Of a DNA stretch of 47,991 nt, positions 9,151 to 18,620 are shown piece by piece. Positions within the stretch are counted from its first letter, which is position 1. The number at the start of each line of letters is the position of its first letter. Position numbers and translations under genes: made by a program. The stretch lies in the IMG/VR virus record IMGVR_UViG_3300032247_000646, positions 1 to 47,991 of that record; one strand, written 5' to 3'. The stretch is from a virus (taxonomy: Duplodnaviria > Caudoviricetes). The notes beneath the pieces were generated by a model, which was not told the DNA's origin, did no database searches, and was given only the letters and a program-made list of their open reading frames with translations.

Positions 9151-9927
9151 TTAGTCAGGGTTCTTAACAAGAAGAATACTGAAGTTGGCCGTTACATTTG
9201 CACCCGCAGTTGAACTTAACGCACGCACTTCAATGTCAGACTTTTCGCTAAAATAAATTGGATAATTCAGAGGAATTGTAAAAGCACCGCCGTTGGCGCA
9301 ACGTCCTTGGATCGTGTTGTCAAACACCCCACCGTATGGTCTGCCGTACAAACCTATGCTTGAATATGCATTTGCGGTTGTGATCCCAGAAGAAACAAGG
9401 AAATCAAAAATATATCCTGTATAGCCAGCGGGAATGGTGTAAATGCACGCAGTTGACCCGCCATCTGCTGTGTAAGCGCTATATACGTTTGCAGGTTTGC
9501 CTGTTGTTACAGCGCCGGTGCCGGCGTAAATTGTTCCAGCCGCCGCACCGCCAGAACCCGCCGTGTTAACCGTCAAATGCAGTACACGCAAAAACGAATT
9601 GGTTGTGTTAACAGCAGTCTGACCATTCAACGACACAGTCTCGTTTATTTGGTTGTAACTACCGTCAAGTCCGTAAATCGTAACAGTTCTCGCACCAGTC
9701 CCAGCCGAAGTGTCATTTGCGCTAGAACTTGAAATGGTCATAACCGACGCACTTGCAGGGTACGAATAAACCGTGCTTTCGCTCCAAATTGTTTCGTATG
9801 AAGTTCCAACAGTCGCGTTGAAACCAGATACGAATACAGCAGTGTGCCCGTCTACTTGACCGCGCAAAACTTGCAAATCAAACGGTTCAAACGCCCCTTG
9901 CCGAGTCGCTGAAGAATACGTTCCCAT
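9151..9927 (-). CDS. Virion structural protein (beta-rich)
   Basis: Likely start MGTYSS at 9927 after a GGAG RBS; 'SSSANDT.AGTGARTVTIYGLD' and 'EKSDIEVRA' phage structural motifs. Confidence 0.65.
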   Translation of the reverse strand: MGTYSSATRQGAFEPFDLQVLRGQVDGHTAVFVSGFNATVGTSYETIWSESTVYSYPASASVMTISSSSANDTSAGTGARTVTIYGLDGSYNQINETVSLNGQTAVNTTNSFLRVLHLTVNTAGSGGAAAGTIYAGTGAVTTGKPANVYSAYTADGGSTACIYTIPAGYTGYIFDFLVSSGITTANAYSSIGLYGRPYGGVFDNTIQGRCANGGAFTIPLNYPIYFSEKSDIEVRALSSTAGANVTANFSILLVKNPD

Positions 9928-9937
9928 CCTAATCTCC

Positions 9938-9964
9938 AATAAAGACAGGGGCCGAAGCCCCTGT
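9938..9964 (-). terminator. Hairpin with C(UUCG)G tetraloop, probable intrinsic terminator
   Basis: Minus strand ACAGGGGC-TTCG-GCCCCTGT followed by CTTTATT, immediately after the stop at 9967. Confidence 0.65.
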
Positions 9965-9966
9965 TC

Positions 9967-10947
9967 TTAACAAACTTTGCCGCCGCGTTTGAACGTGCCC
10001 GAGAGCTCGGAAATCGCAACCGGGGAGGAAGGTGGCTTACGACCTTGAGGCATTTTCACTGCCGCGCCATCGTCTTGCACCCCGCCGCCCCTAGCAAACT
10101 TTTTTACGGGGGACCCTCCCCGCTTATAGCCGCCAGCGTTTGACTCCATTACACCGCCAGTTTTGAACCCAGCAGCATTGCCCATCTTAACAGCGCCGGT
10201 GCCGTGAGCACGGTCGGGTTTGCCTTGGTCGACGATAGTCTTCGAAGGTTTGCCACGAATGGTCTCGGAAGGAATCGCGCCACCAGTGGCCATTTTCCCG
10301 CCGTAGCACATTGCGCGGCCACCTTTTTTGTAGCCGCCAGCGTTGCTTTCTTTGACAGACCCGGTGCCACTAGCGCGGTCAGATTTGTCGCCGTCGACAA
10401 CCATAGTTTTGGCGAATTTTCCTGCATTGCCCTCGACCGTAGTCTTGGTCATTGCGGAATCAATCGCCGCGCCACCGTCTTTGAGCTTTAGCTTAGTGCC
10501 CTTAGCACCCTTGTGCTCCTGCATGTCGTGCTGTTTGAAGGCTTTTTTGATCATGGCCTTGTCTTGCGACAGGTCCATTTTTCCACCTTTTTTCATCATT
10601 GGCGGACGAGCCATTGCTCCAGCTGGAGTAGCCATCGGCATCGGGGGGCGACCCACAGCTGCAGTTGGTCCCATTGGAGGAGCTGTACGGGCCATACGGC
10701 GTGCTGCCATAGCGCGTGCAGCTGCAGGGTTACCCATAGCTGGCGCCATGGTCCCTAGAGCGCCTCCGTCAGCCTTTTTGACCGCTTTCCCACCCGACTT
10801 GATGCCCTTTGAGCCCATCATGCCGGAAGGCACGCGTCCACCTTCGGCTTTGGCTCGCTCGTGCGTGGCGCTACCACCCCGTTTGAGCTTTAGCTCCACT
10901 GTGGGTTCTGTGGTCATCATTTTGACCATTGGTTTGAACTGACCCAT
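9967..10947 (-). CDS. Low-complexity Lys/Gly/Met-rich protein with about 12 xxGG motifs (probable internal head protein)
   Basis: LKRGG, IKSGG, KADGG, MKKGG, LKDGG, YKKGG, MCYGG, MATGG, FKTGG, YKRGG, FARGG, FKRGG; AGGAGG RBS. Confidence 0.75.
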   Translation of the reverse strand: MGQFKPMVKMMTTEPTVELKLKRGGSATHERAKAEGGRVPSGMMGSKGIKSGGKAVKKADGGALGTMAPAMGNPAAARAMAARRMARTAPPMGPTAAVGRPPMPMATPAGAMARPPMMKKGGKMDLSQDKAMIKKAFKQHDMQEHKGAKGTKLKLKDGGAAIDSAMTKTTVEGNAGKFAKTMVVDGDKSDRASGTGSVKESNAGGYKKGGRAMCYGGKMATGGAIPSETIRGKPSKTIVDQGKPDRAHGTGAVKMGNAAGFKTGGVMESNAGGYKRGGSPVKKFARGGGVQDDGAAVKMPQGRKPPSSPVAISELSGTFKRGGKVC

Positions 10948-10958
10948 TTCAGCCTCCT

Positions 10959-12200
10959 TTAGGCTTGCGTGACGCCCAAAGCGCCAACTCGGGTTGCATT
11001 AGGACCGACTGCGATTGCCGGCAGAGCGAGCGTCACGACTGCGCGTTTGATCCCATCAGCCGCCGAACTCGGAGCAAAAGTTCCACGAACGTCACCGGTG
11101 GTGGTCGTAGCAGTGGCAGTATCGGCGACAGTCAACGTGCCCGACGTGTCGTCAGTGGTACCATTGTTCCAACCATACCGGATCACGTAGGACTTGTCGA
11201 AAAACCGCACGGGGCATCCGAAAACGTCTGCCGTGCCTACCGTCAATGCTGTGCCTGTCGCTGCGCTTACCGAAACCGAAGTAACCAGATAAAACGCTTT
11301 CAGACCGGTGACCGCCGTGCTGACCGCCGCACTTGAGGTGATCGCCTCGCTCATGGCTTGACCGTAATAGTCGTACCCAGAGACTGTGACGGTCACAGGC
11401 GCAACACCCAACGTGTAGGTGAGACCAGTAGGAGTACCCGCCGTGGTAACCACCGCCGCACCCGCCGTCGTAGTCAAGGTAGCTGTGGTAGACGTGACAG
11501 CCGTTAGGATGTAAGTCGTCGGGTTCGTGTAGCCAGTGATTGAGCCTGTACCACCCAGAGTGCCCGAAATCGTCAAACGCTGTCCGGAAACCAATCCAGA
11601 CTGCGACGTAAACGAGATCTGTCCACCAGTGCCGGTGATCGCGACGCCAGCCAACGTGGTGGCCGCAGCCGTGGAAGTCGTGACGCTAACTGCACGCGGA
11701 ACATCCAACGCCAGCGCGGTAACGCCAGCATTAGTCGTGACCGATTTCACCGAGGTGCCAGCGGTCAACGTCAACGCGCCAGCTGCCGCTGGGGTCTGCG
11801 ACGCTGCGATGTTATTCGCAACCAGCGCCTGAGGAATGATATCCCACACGTAGGTTCGGCCAAGAGGACCAACACCAAGATCCATCGGCGACGGATTGTC
11901 GAAATTGATATTGCCGTGAGCGGTAAGAGTCGTCGTGGTTGAAACTGTCGAGGAAGCGCTGAGGGTGTAAGTGCCAACCCCACCAGTGCCTGTACCAAAC
12001 GCAGTGATGTAGGTGCCGTTGGTGACACTCGTACCATCGACGTACATCCCGACCTGCAGCGGTGCGCCTTGCAGGAGCTGGGTGACATTCAAAGTCGTGG
12101 TCGAGATCGTACCTGCGACAGTCGTCGAATACGGGCGAATACCCGTACCCATGTAAGTGATTGCGGGACCTAGGAAAAGGTCATCTGAAAACTGAGGCAT
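10959..12200 (-). CDS. Thr/Ala-rich virion structural protein (possible capsid decoration)
   Basis: First gene after the major capsid; AGGAG RBS; 'LDVPRAVSV', '[13 protein letters not shown]', 'TTGDVRGT'. Confidence 0.65.
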   Translation of the reverse strand: MPQFSDDLFLGPAITYMGTGIRPYSTTVAGTISTTTLNVTQLLQGAPLQVGMYVDGTSVTNGTYITAFGTGTGGVGTYTLSASSTVSTTTTLTAHGNINFDNPSPMDLGVGPLGRTYVWDIIPQALVANNIAASQTPAAAGALTLTAGTSVKSVTTNAGVTALALDVPRAVSVTTSTAAATTLAGVAITGTGGQISFTSQSGLVSGQRLTISGTLGGTGSITGYTNPTTYILTAVTSTTATLTTTAGAAVVTTAGTPTGLTYTLGVAPVTVTVSGYDYYGQAMSEAITSSAAVSTAVTGLKAFYLVTSVSVSAATGTALTVGTADVFGCPVRFFDKSYVIRYGWNNGTTDDTSGTLTVADTATATTTTGDVRGTFAPSSAADGIKRAVVTLALPAIAVGPNATRVGALGVTQA

Positions 12201-12242
12201 CGTCTTCTCCTTGAAAAGCTTGACGAATACGTTGAATAGGCG

Positions 12243-12265
12243 ACGGGGGGCTCGTCGCCCCCCGT
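12243..12265 (-). terminator. GC-rich hairpin immediately after the major capsid stop
   Basis: 9-bp stem ACGGGGGGC / GCCCCCCGT with a 5-nt loop. The U-tract is weak, so it may be a leaky terminator or an mRNA stabiliser. Confidence 0.55.
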
Positions 12266-12269
12266 TCGA

Positions 12270-13184
12270 TTACACCCCTGGGGTGCCGTACATAGCGCGT
12301 GGATCGGTCCAGCCCACTTGATACCGCTCGGTGGCTTTGTAGCGCATCGAATCGGTTTCAAAGTCACCTTCCATGGTTTTCTCGAGAGCGCGACGCATAA
12401 GAAGTTTCATGCCTTCTGGAGCATCAGTCTCGACCCACCATGCGTTGGCATTGGTCAGACGCGAAAGAACCGCAGCACCTTCGTCCAGCAGCCCGATCGA
12501 TTTGACTGGGTTGATGTCGTTGTTTGCGGTACCAGCACGCAGAACTGATTTCAACAACACTTCGGCTTGGAAAATGTTTCCTGGAGCCACCACCAACTGG
12601 CGGGGAACCAAACGGATTTTCTTGCCGTTGTTGTCCACAGCTTGGCGAATCTGAATCAGCATCTGCTCGAGAGACGTCTGGCTCAAGTTCGCGGCGGTGG
12701 TCAACTGGTTGCTGAATGTGCCGTTCACGATCGGATGCGAAGTGTTGATCAGAGAAACGCCATCACCACCAACATACGATGAGTTGAACGCACGGTTCAG
12801 GACGTTCGCGCTAAGAGTCTCTTTGGTCTCGATCAGAGACTGTGCGAGGTGCTTAGCGTAAACCTGACCGATGCGGATATGGTCGCCGTCTTCCACCAAA
12901 ACTTTGGTGAGCGCAAACGCCAAACCATACACTTGGTAGACGTAACGCTGCAGGAAGAGCACGCCGCCTTGCTGGTACGAAACCGGAGTTCCGTCGGGCA
13001 ATGCTGGTGCTGCGCCAAACCCGTACAGGACTGGCTCTTCGTGGTAATTTCTCGGGATACCATTTTCCTCGCGGAAAACCCGCGACCACTCGTCTTTGCG
13101 TTGGTCGTAGACTCCATCGAAGCATTCGTTGAGGATTGGCTCAACGATGCTCCGGAAGTCCGTACTGCGCATTGGGGCTGCCAT
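12270..13184 (-). CDS. Major capsid protein (Mu gpT-like, HK97 fold)
   Basis: 304 aa; 'PRQLVVAP', 'NDINP', 'GDFETDSMRYKATERYQVGWTDPRAMYGTPG' C-terminus; AGGAGG RBS; biased codon use; downstream hairpin. Confidence 0.88.
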   Translation of the reverse strand: MAAPMRSTDFRSIVEPILNECFDGVYDQRKDEWSRVFREENGIPRNYHEEPVLYGFGAAPALPDGTPVSYQQGGVLFLQRYVYQVYGLAFALTKVLVEDGDHIRIGQVYAKHLAQSLIETKETLSANVLNRAFNSSYVGGDGVSLINTSHPIVNGTFSNQLTTAANLSQTSLEQMLIQIRQAVDNNGKKIRLVPRQLVVAPGNIFQAEVLLKSVLRAGTANNDINPVKSIGLLDEGAAVLSRLTNANAWWVETDAPEGMKLLMRRALEKTMEGDFETDSMRYKATERYQVGWTDPRAMYGTPGV

Positions 13185-13197
13185 CGCTTAGCCTCCT

Positions 13198-13797
13198 TTA
13201 GATTGCAACCGGGTAGGCTGCAGTGTTGGCGGCTGTGTAGATCTGTGCGAACTGGAACTTCGCGATCGTGCAGCGTACAACGGTGTAGGTATCTCCCCAT
13301 GCATTGTCAACATAGGGGGCCAAATCGACGATACGCATCTGAGCCTGTGCGTTAGCACCTGCCAGAGTCGTCGAAAGCGTCGCCTGAGACAAACCAGTGG
13401 TCGTGGAACCAGCGGTCGTGTTGCTCAGGTTGGCTTCGTCCCCGATCGAGGTCTGAGCCAAAGATCCGTCAGCCTGAATTTCGTAAACGATGTTGGGATC
13501 GTTGTAGAAAAACGCTGTGCAAGACCCAGTGACGTAGGCGGTGTTTGCAGGCCAGTTGTTGCTGACGCGGAAACGGCCAGTGGTGTCAGTCCATTGCACA
13601 CCAGCAAAACAACCGACGAACGCGTCGCCAGCAGCCGCGACAACGATGTTGCCGTTGGTGTCGTATTTAACGGGTTGACCTTTCAGAATAGCCGTAGCGT
13701 ATCCCGAAGCGATACCGTCGGTGAGCGCCGCTGCGCGGTCCAGACCTGTTGGATGGAACGCAGGACGCATGCCGAACGGAGCATTAGTAGCACTCAT
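13198..13797 (-). CDS. Capsid-associated (cement/decoration-like) protein
   Basis: 'NAPFGMRP', 'GQPVK', 'DPNIVYEIQADG'; directly upstream of the MCP. Confidence 0.65.
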   Translation of the reverse strand: MSATNAPFGMRPAFHPTGLDRAAALTDGIASGYATAILKGQPVKYDTNGNIVVAAAGDAFVGCFAGVQWTDTTGRFRVSNNWPANTAYVTGSCTAFFYNDPNIVYEIQADGSLAQTSIGDEANLSNTTAGSTTTGLSQATLSTTLAGANAQAQMRIVDLAPYVDNAWGDTYTVVRCTIAKFQFAQIYTAANTAAYPVAI

Positions 13798-13828
13798 TGC
13801 TTATAACTCCATAAGATGTTCGAATCCG

Positions 13829-14365
13829 TCAGGTAAAAACCGGAACGGGCATGGGTTTGTTCAAATCATTCATGCCTTCTCCTTCCACCTGCCCCAACCG
13901 ACGGCCATTACTGTCACGGGCACCCTGTAGGTTCTCGGCTTGGACGCGGATTTTGTCCGCTTCGTCCTGAGGAGCCCAGTGGTGCAACTCTTCCATGATG
14001 TTCTGGTAGACGTCTTGTGGTAGCTTGTAAAGCAGCATCTCGTTGCATGCGATGTACCCAACGTGCTCACCAGCTTTGACCTTGTAGGATTCAAAACCGG
14101 GAACATCCTCGGGTAGCACCGGGGTGTACCCCATGCGCAGACGCTTGTGAATTGGGTCGTACCCATTGGTGGATGAAAGCCAACATGTGTGATACCCCGG
14201 AATGGCCGGAGGTTTCGGGAGTGATTCTTGGATCCACTCATTACGGAACATTCTACGACGTTCCTGCGCTGTTTCCAACTCCTCGTCGACACCTTGTCTA
14301 TCCTGCGATGCGCGGGATTCACGGTTTCCGGCGAGTAGATTCTTTTTGAGGCGTTCGTCTCTCAT
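13829..14365 (-). CDS. Conserved head-region hypothetical protein
   Basis: Likely start MRDERLKK at 14365 with a GGAG RBS; 'PPAIPGYHTCWL...RMGYTPV' motif; lies between scaffold and capsid genes. Confidence 0.7.
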   Translation of the reverse strand: MRDERLKKNLLAGNRESRASQDRQGVDEELETAQERRRMFRNEWIQESLPKPPAIPGYHTCWLSSTNGYDPIHKRLRMGYTPVLPEDVPGFESYKVKAGEHVGYIACNEMLLYKLPQDVYQNIMEELHHWAPQDEADKIRVQAENLQGARDSNGRRLGQVEGEGMNDLNKPMPVPVFT

Positions 14366-14369
14366 TTGA

Positions 14370-15344
14370 TTAGCTCCGATTGTTTGACATACGGTCGTAT
14401 TCAGCATAACGCATGATCATTTTCTTGCGCTCAGCCATGTTATCCCAACGACCAGCATCTTTGATGGCTTTCACTCGCTCGGGCGACAGGTAAAACTCGT
14501 TCGACTTGGTCGTCGACCGAGCGTCATTGCCTGAACTTGTAACCACCGATCGGGGCCTCCTAAAGTTGGACTTGTCCTCATTCTTTGCATTATACCTGTG
14601 CGGCAAGTATTTCGTTAAGCGGTTGTCGAGTTCGTCCCAATAATCAGGAGTTTTCGGATCCCAACCTTCGTTGACCAAAGACTCGTCGATCTTTGTGGCG
14701 ATCTGGCTGTCGGTGTCCTTGCCTTCAGGGTCGAACCAATCGTTGCGCGCCATCCAATCCCCGGCGTGCCGCTTGAGCATTGGGTCGGGTGTTTGCGGAA
14801 CGTTCTTTTGCTGAGGCTCGGAGACGACTTTTTTCTTAAGTGCGTCGAGAGCTTCCACCTGCCGCCGAGCTTCGTACCATTGCTCTTGAGCGTCGGCCAG
14901 CGCAGCGCCATTGGCCATCTCGGTGGCTTCTTTGATCTTCAGTTTTGCGTACTGAAGTTTCAAATGACCGTCTTCGATCGCTTTATCGAGCCGCGCAAGG
15001 TCAGAACCCGCCGTGCGTTTTTCAAGCACAGAAAGACGTTCTGCCATCTGCTCATTTTGCCGCCGCAGAGCGGTGATCAGATGGTTGGACTCGCTTGCTT
15101 TTGCCTTGTGAATCTGCTTTTTGAGCTGTCGCTCCTCGCGTCGAGCCAAACGGATTGCTTCGCGTTCCGGGTCAATATCCGGAATGTTATCTGCTCCGTT
15201 GTCGAAGTGCTCAGAGCTCTGCGAGGATTCTTGATTATCTGAATCCACGTTGTTGTTGGGAAATCCAGGTTCGACAACTGAGACGACTGCTGATCCATCG
15301 TTGCCCTCTGAAACTTGGAGATCCAATTTTTCTGATGAGTTCAT
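14370..15344 (-). CDS. Probable capsid scaffolding protein
   Basis: Acidic N-terminus, long coiled coil, 'W.ARNDWF' and 'DYWDELDNRL'; position upstream of the MCP. Confidence 0.65.
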   Translation of the reverse strand: MNSSEKLDLQVSEGNDGSAVVSVVEPGFPNNNVDSDNQESSQSSEHFDNGADNIPDIDPEREAIRLARREERQLKKQIHKAKASESNHLITALRRQNEQMAERLSVLEKRTAGSDLARLDKAIEDGHLKLQYAKLKIKEATEMANGAALADAQEQWYEARRQVEALDALKKKVVSEPQQKNVPQTPDPMLKRHAGDWMARNDWFDPEGKDTDSQIATKIDESLVNEGWDPKTPDYWDELDNRLTKYLPHRYNAKNEDKSNFRRPRSVVTSSGNDARSTTKSNEFYLSPERVKAIKDAGRWDNMAERKKMIMRYAEYDRMSNNRS

Positions 15345-15778
15345 AGGAATGCCTTCACTTTCAAGGGATCACCCGTCACTTTTGCAATGACCTCGTGATC
15401 GTTGAACACGCTGAAAAGTGCCGTTTCCCCGTCTTCAGAGTTCCCGTACGGTACTTCCCACCTGTCGCCGCCCCATTTTGGCATGCGGACGAAATCACCC
15501 ACGTCGACCCAGCTGCCTTCCGGCCACGGTTCGAGCGTGTCGCGTTTTTTGAAAGCCAGCGGACCCATCGCGATGACCTTGGCCACCTGATTGTTCCACT
15601 TTTCGGTTTCTTTTGTCTCTTCGATCAACACGATCCCGGTCGATGTAACGGTTTTCTTAGCAGCTCGCCACTGCACGAGAATCCTTCCACCCACTGGAAC
15701 CGCACCGGGATCAACTGCAGGAAATGCTTCCTGCAACGCTGCTTCATTCGAAGCTGCCCCGCTTTGGCTGTTCATCAT
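15341..15778 (-). CDS. groES: Co-chaperonin GroES-like protein
   Basis: 'PVGGRILVQ...TSTGIVL...AKVIAMGP...VGDFV...KWGG...NDHEVIAKV' matches the Cpn10 pattern. Confidence 0.8.
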   Translation of the reverse strand: MMNSQSGAASNEAALQEAFPAVDPGAVPVGGRILVQWRAAKKTVTSTGIVLIEETKETEKWNNQVAKVIAMGPLAFKKRDTLEPWPEGSWVDVGDFVRMPKWGGDRWEVPYGNSEDGETALFSVFNDHEVIAKVTGDPLKVKAFL

Positions 15779-15953
15779 CGTTTTCTTCCTCTAAGAGGTG
15801 TTTCAAAATTTCCAGAGCTCTCCCGAGCCCTTGGTGCTGCCCTACGATGCGGGTATAAGCGTTGAAGTCTTGGACATACCCCGCTGTCAACCCATCGGAG
15901 AGTTTCTTGCGCTCAGCTTCCACCGCACCGATGAAGTCGCTGACATAACGCAT
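15744..15953 (-). CDS. Small hypothetical protein
   Basis: 69-aa helical ORF coupled to neighbours ('DFNAYTRIVGQHQGL'). Confidence 0.7.
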   Translation of the reverse strand: MRYVSDFIGAVEAERKKLSDGLTAGYVQDFNAYTRIVGQHQGLGRALEILKHLLEEENDDEQPKRGSFE

Positions 15954-16111
15954 TATTTTTTCTTGGCGCTAGCCAAGCCTCCAGCCTTTTTTTCGGTGGG
16001 TTTTGCGCCACCTTTCGGCGCATAAGAAGTGCCGTCGAGCTTTTCGCCCATCGCCATGCGTTTGCGCTGACGAACGAACTGGCTCATTTGCTCTTGATCA
16101 CTGATAGACAT
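15953..16111 (-). CDS. Small basic protein (52 aa) with xxGG motifs
   Basis: Read by hand: MSISDQEQMSQFVRQRKRMAMGEKLDGTSYAPKGGAKPTEKKAGGLASAKKK; AGGAGG RBS within the end of the portal gene. Confidence 0.65.
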   Translation of the reverse strand: MSISDQEQMSQFVRQRKRMAMGEKLDGTSYAPKGGAKPTEKKAGGLASAKKK

Positions 16112-18608
16112 TTTGCCCTCCTAAGGCGGCTTGTGCGCTTTGTTGCGCGGCGAGAGCAGTTTGTTGCTGCTCGTGTTGCAAAACAGCCGCGTCGTGCGTC
16201 AGTTCTGCGGATTTTATGCGCTCTTCGGTCAAACGGTCTGACGCATTGAGCGCGATGTCGATTTGCTGTTGCCGATTCTTCGCCAACATGTCTGCTTTGA
16301 GCTTTTCGGTCTGCAGCGCGATGTCGGCTTGGTCTTTGGCAGCTCGACGTTGAGTCTCAGCCATGGAAGTTTGCAATATGACTTGGTCGCCAGCGTCCAT
16401 CGGAGGCTTAGGAATGAGCTGCTGCATCATCTGCATGATCTGAGCGAGTGCGGGCATGACGTTCGAGAACGATTCTTTCACATCCTCTTTGGTCAATTGG
16501 GAAGCCAGCGCATACAATTTGTCGACTTCGCCCGTAACTCCGGCGATGTCGTAGTCTTTGACAGGCTTGCCGAGCGACTTTTCCACGTATCCATTCATAT
16601 GCCCGAGGTACCAAAGCATCAGATGCTGCTTGAGGTGCTCAAGGAATTTGGGCAAAAACGAAGGAGCAATGATTGGGTTCGCGCCTAAAAGTGGATCGAG
16701 CGCGAAATCCAAGTGCGCTTGCAGGTGTGCGAGCTGATTTTGATGCGGGTAAGCGAACGCGGCACGCCCTATACACATCGCGGCATTCTCTTCGGCTGCG
16801 TTGATCTCGATCGGTTCCGAAACCGAAGGCATCAACTCAGACACATTCGGAATTTTCATCTGTTTCATGATCCGCTGCAGCACCGCTCGCTGATCGAAAT
16901 GCTGCGGGAACTTCTCGCTCAGCGCCAGCACCGCCTGATTCTGAGCCATGCGCTGCGTTTCAGAGAAGATATGCGGGTCGCTAACCGGCACCACGTCGGT
17001 GTTGCGGTTGAAATCCTCACGCTTTATGTCGAGCTCGACGACTACGTCGCCTTTGCGCATGTCGTCCAGGTACCAGCGGTTGATCCGTCCGAGCACTTTC
17101 AGCACTCGTTTCTGGCTCTCATGCAACCGAGCATGGATCGCCGAGAACACCGCCGCCCCCTGCTCGATCAGGGCCTGAGTGGTGCCGACCGGGGAGTTGG
17201 ACGTAACGTCTGCGATCTTTTCCTCAGACGTGGTGACCACACCCTTTGCAGCGGTGGTGAGCCAGCCGAGCAGCTCCATCAGCACCGGGCTAGGCGGGTT
17301 GAACGGCATCGGCATCGCGATCTTGCGGATGTCGTCCACGCCGGGAGCGGCTTCAACCTCGGTCACCTGCGTGACTTCGACCTGCTGCGACTGACCCGAC
17401 ATCTTCGCGCCTTTGAGCTTGATCATCGTCGCCGCATTGTTGATGTGCGCGGTGTCGAGCAGCGCACGCAAGGAGCCTGTCAACGCGGCGGTCAGACCAC
17501 CGATCAGATGCGGCAAACCGATGGCGTACACTCCGCGCCATGGGATGAACTTGAACTCGACAACCCAGTCGAGTTTCGTCATCGCCTCGTCGCCTTCTTC
17601 CCAGTTGCGGTAAATGCCGAGCACCTCGGAATCCAGCTCGTCGATCATCAGGATGTACGGAGCGATCTCGCCTTTGCTGTGCTTGTCGTCGTCAACAGCC
17701 ATGTACACGTACGAGTGATACACTCGGCGCATGCCGTCTTCGTTGTCTGAATAAGACAGCCCTTCGATCTTCTCGTTCGCCTTTTCCGGACCAGTCGGTT
17801 CGGGCTCGCTCGTCGCCCGGATCACACGCACGTCGCGATACAAGCCAGATTCGACGCGGTTGTCGAATTCTTGCTGCGTTATGTCGTGGACTTCCGTGGC
17901 GCGTTGTGCGGTGTAAAAGCTGCCAGCCGAAAACGGAATGAGCATGTTGTCGATCGGGACGAACTCTGCACAGGGGCGACGCAGCCGCTCGTCGTACCAG
18001 AGCTTGAAATATTGCGACCCGCCCAACGGTAGCTGAGTGAGCAACTGCTCCTGCTCGTCCCGGAACTCGACGATCTGGTCTGTGAGCTGCCAGTTCATGA
18101 AGTCGCGTTTGCGTTCTGCACGAGCTTCGGCTTGCTCGTCGTCCTCGCCAAGCACCTGAGTGCGCACTGGACCGTCTGGCGGGAAAAGCTCTTTGATCGC
18201 GCGAGATTCAAAGTCCACGCATGCCTCGGCCATCACCGGGTGCACAACCTTGCTCGCACCCACGAACATTGCGCCGCCGGGTGCGTCATTGCCCAAGCCG
18301 GTGCGCTTCAGACCCTCTTCGTACTGCTTGTCGCGCTCTTTGCGCGACTCGCGGTCTTTGTCGAACATGTCGAGGTAGCGCAACGCGATCTTGCTCAACT
18401 CCCACTCGGGCATTTCCTCGGCCAGATTGGCATAAAAGTCCTGATCCTCTTTGGGACCTTTGAACTCGTCCATGCGGACGATCGCCGACCCGTCGGGTTG
18501 CTCTTCGACCTCCGCGAACTCGTCGTCAAGGTCGAAGACGATGCCGCCCTCGTCTTCGGGTCCAGCTTGGGGCTCTTGCGTCTCGTCGGGGATCGGCATT
18601 TCAGGCAT
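16098..18608 (-). CDS. Portal protein
   Basis: 836 aa; 'GASKVVHPVMAEACVDF.SRAIKELFP..GPV', 'LPLGGS..FKLWYD', 'PVGTTQALIEQG..VFSAIHARLH' and a C-terminal coiled-coil barrel; position in the packaging module. Confidence 0.85.
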   Translation of the reverse strand: MPEMPIPDETQEPQAGPEDEGGIVFDLDDEFAEVEEQPDGSAIVRMDEFKGPKEDQDFYANLAEEMPEWELSKIALRYLDMFDKDRESRKERDKQYEEGLKRTGLGNDAPGGAMFVGASKVVHPVMAEACVDFESRAIKELFPPDGPVRTQVLGEDDEQAEARAERKRDFMNWQLTDQIVEFRDEQEQLLTQLPLGGSQYFKLWYDERLRRPCAEFVPIDNMLIPFSAGSFYTAQRATEVHDITQQEFDNRVESGLYRDVRVIRATSEPEPTGPEKANEKIEGLSYSDNEDGMRRVYHSYVYMAVDDDKHSKGEIAPYILMIDELDSEVLGIYRNWEEGDEAMTKLDWVVEFKFIPWRGVYAIGLPHLIGGLTAALTGSLRALLDTAHINNAATMIKLKGAKMSGQSQQVEVTQVTEVEAAPGVDDIRKIAMPMPFNPPSPVLMELLGWLTTAAKGVVTTSEEKIADVTSNSPVGTTQALIEQGAAVFSAIHARLHESQKRVLKVLGRINRWYLDDMRKGDVVVELDIKREDFNRNTDVVPVSDPHIFSETQRMAQNQAVLALSEKFPQHFDQRAVLQRIMKQMKIPNVSELMPSVSEPIEINAAEENAAMCIGRAAFAYPHQNQLAHLQAHLDFALDPLLGANPIIAPSFLPKFLEHLKQHLMLWYLGHMNGYVEKSLGKPVKDYDIAGVTGEVDKLYALASQLTKEDVKESFSNVMPALAQIMQMMQQLIPKPPMDAGDQVILQTSMAETQRRAAKDQADIALQTEKLKADMLAKNRQQQIDIALNASDRLTEERIKSAELTHDAAVLQHEQQQTALAAQQSAQAALGGQNVYQ

Positions 18609-18620
18609 GGTGTATTCTGG

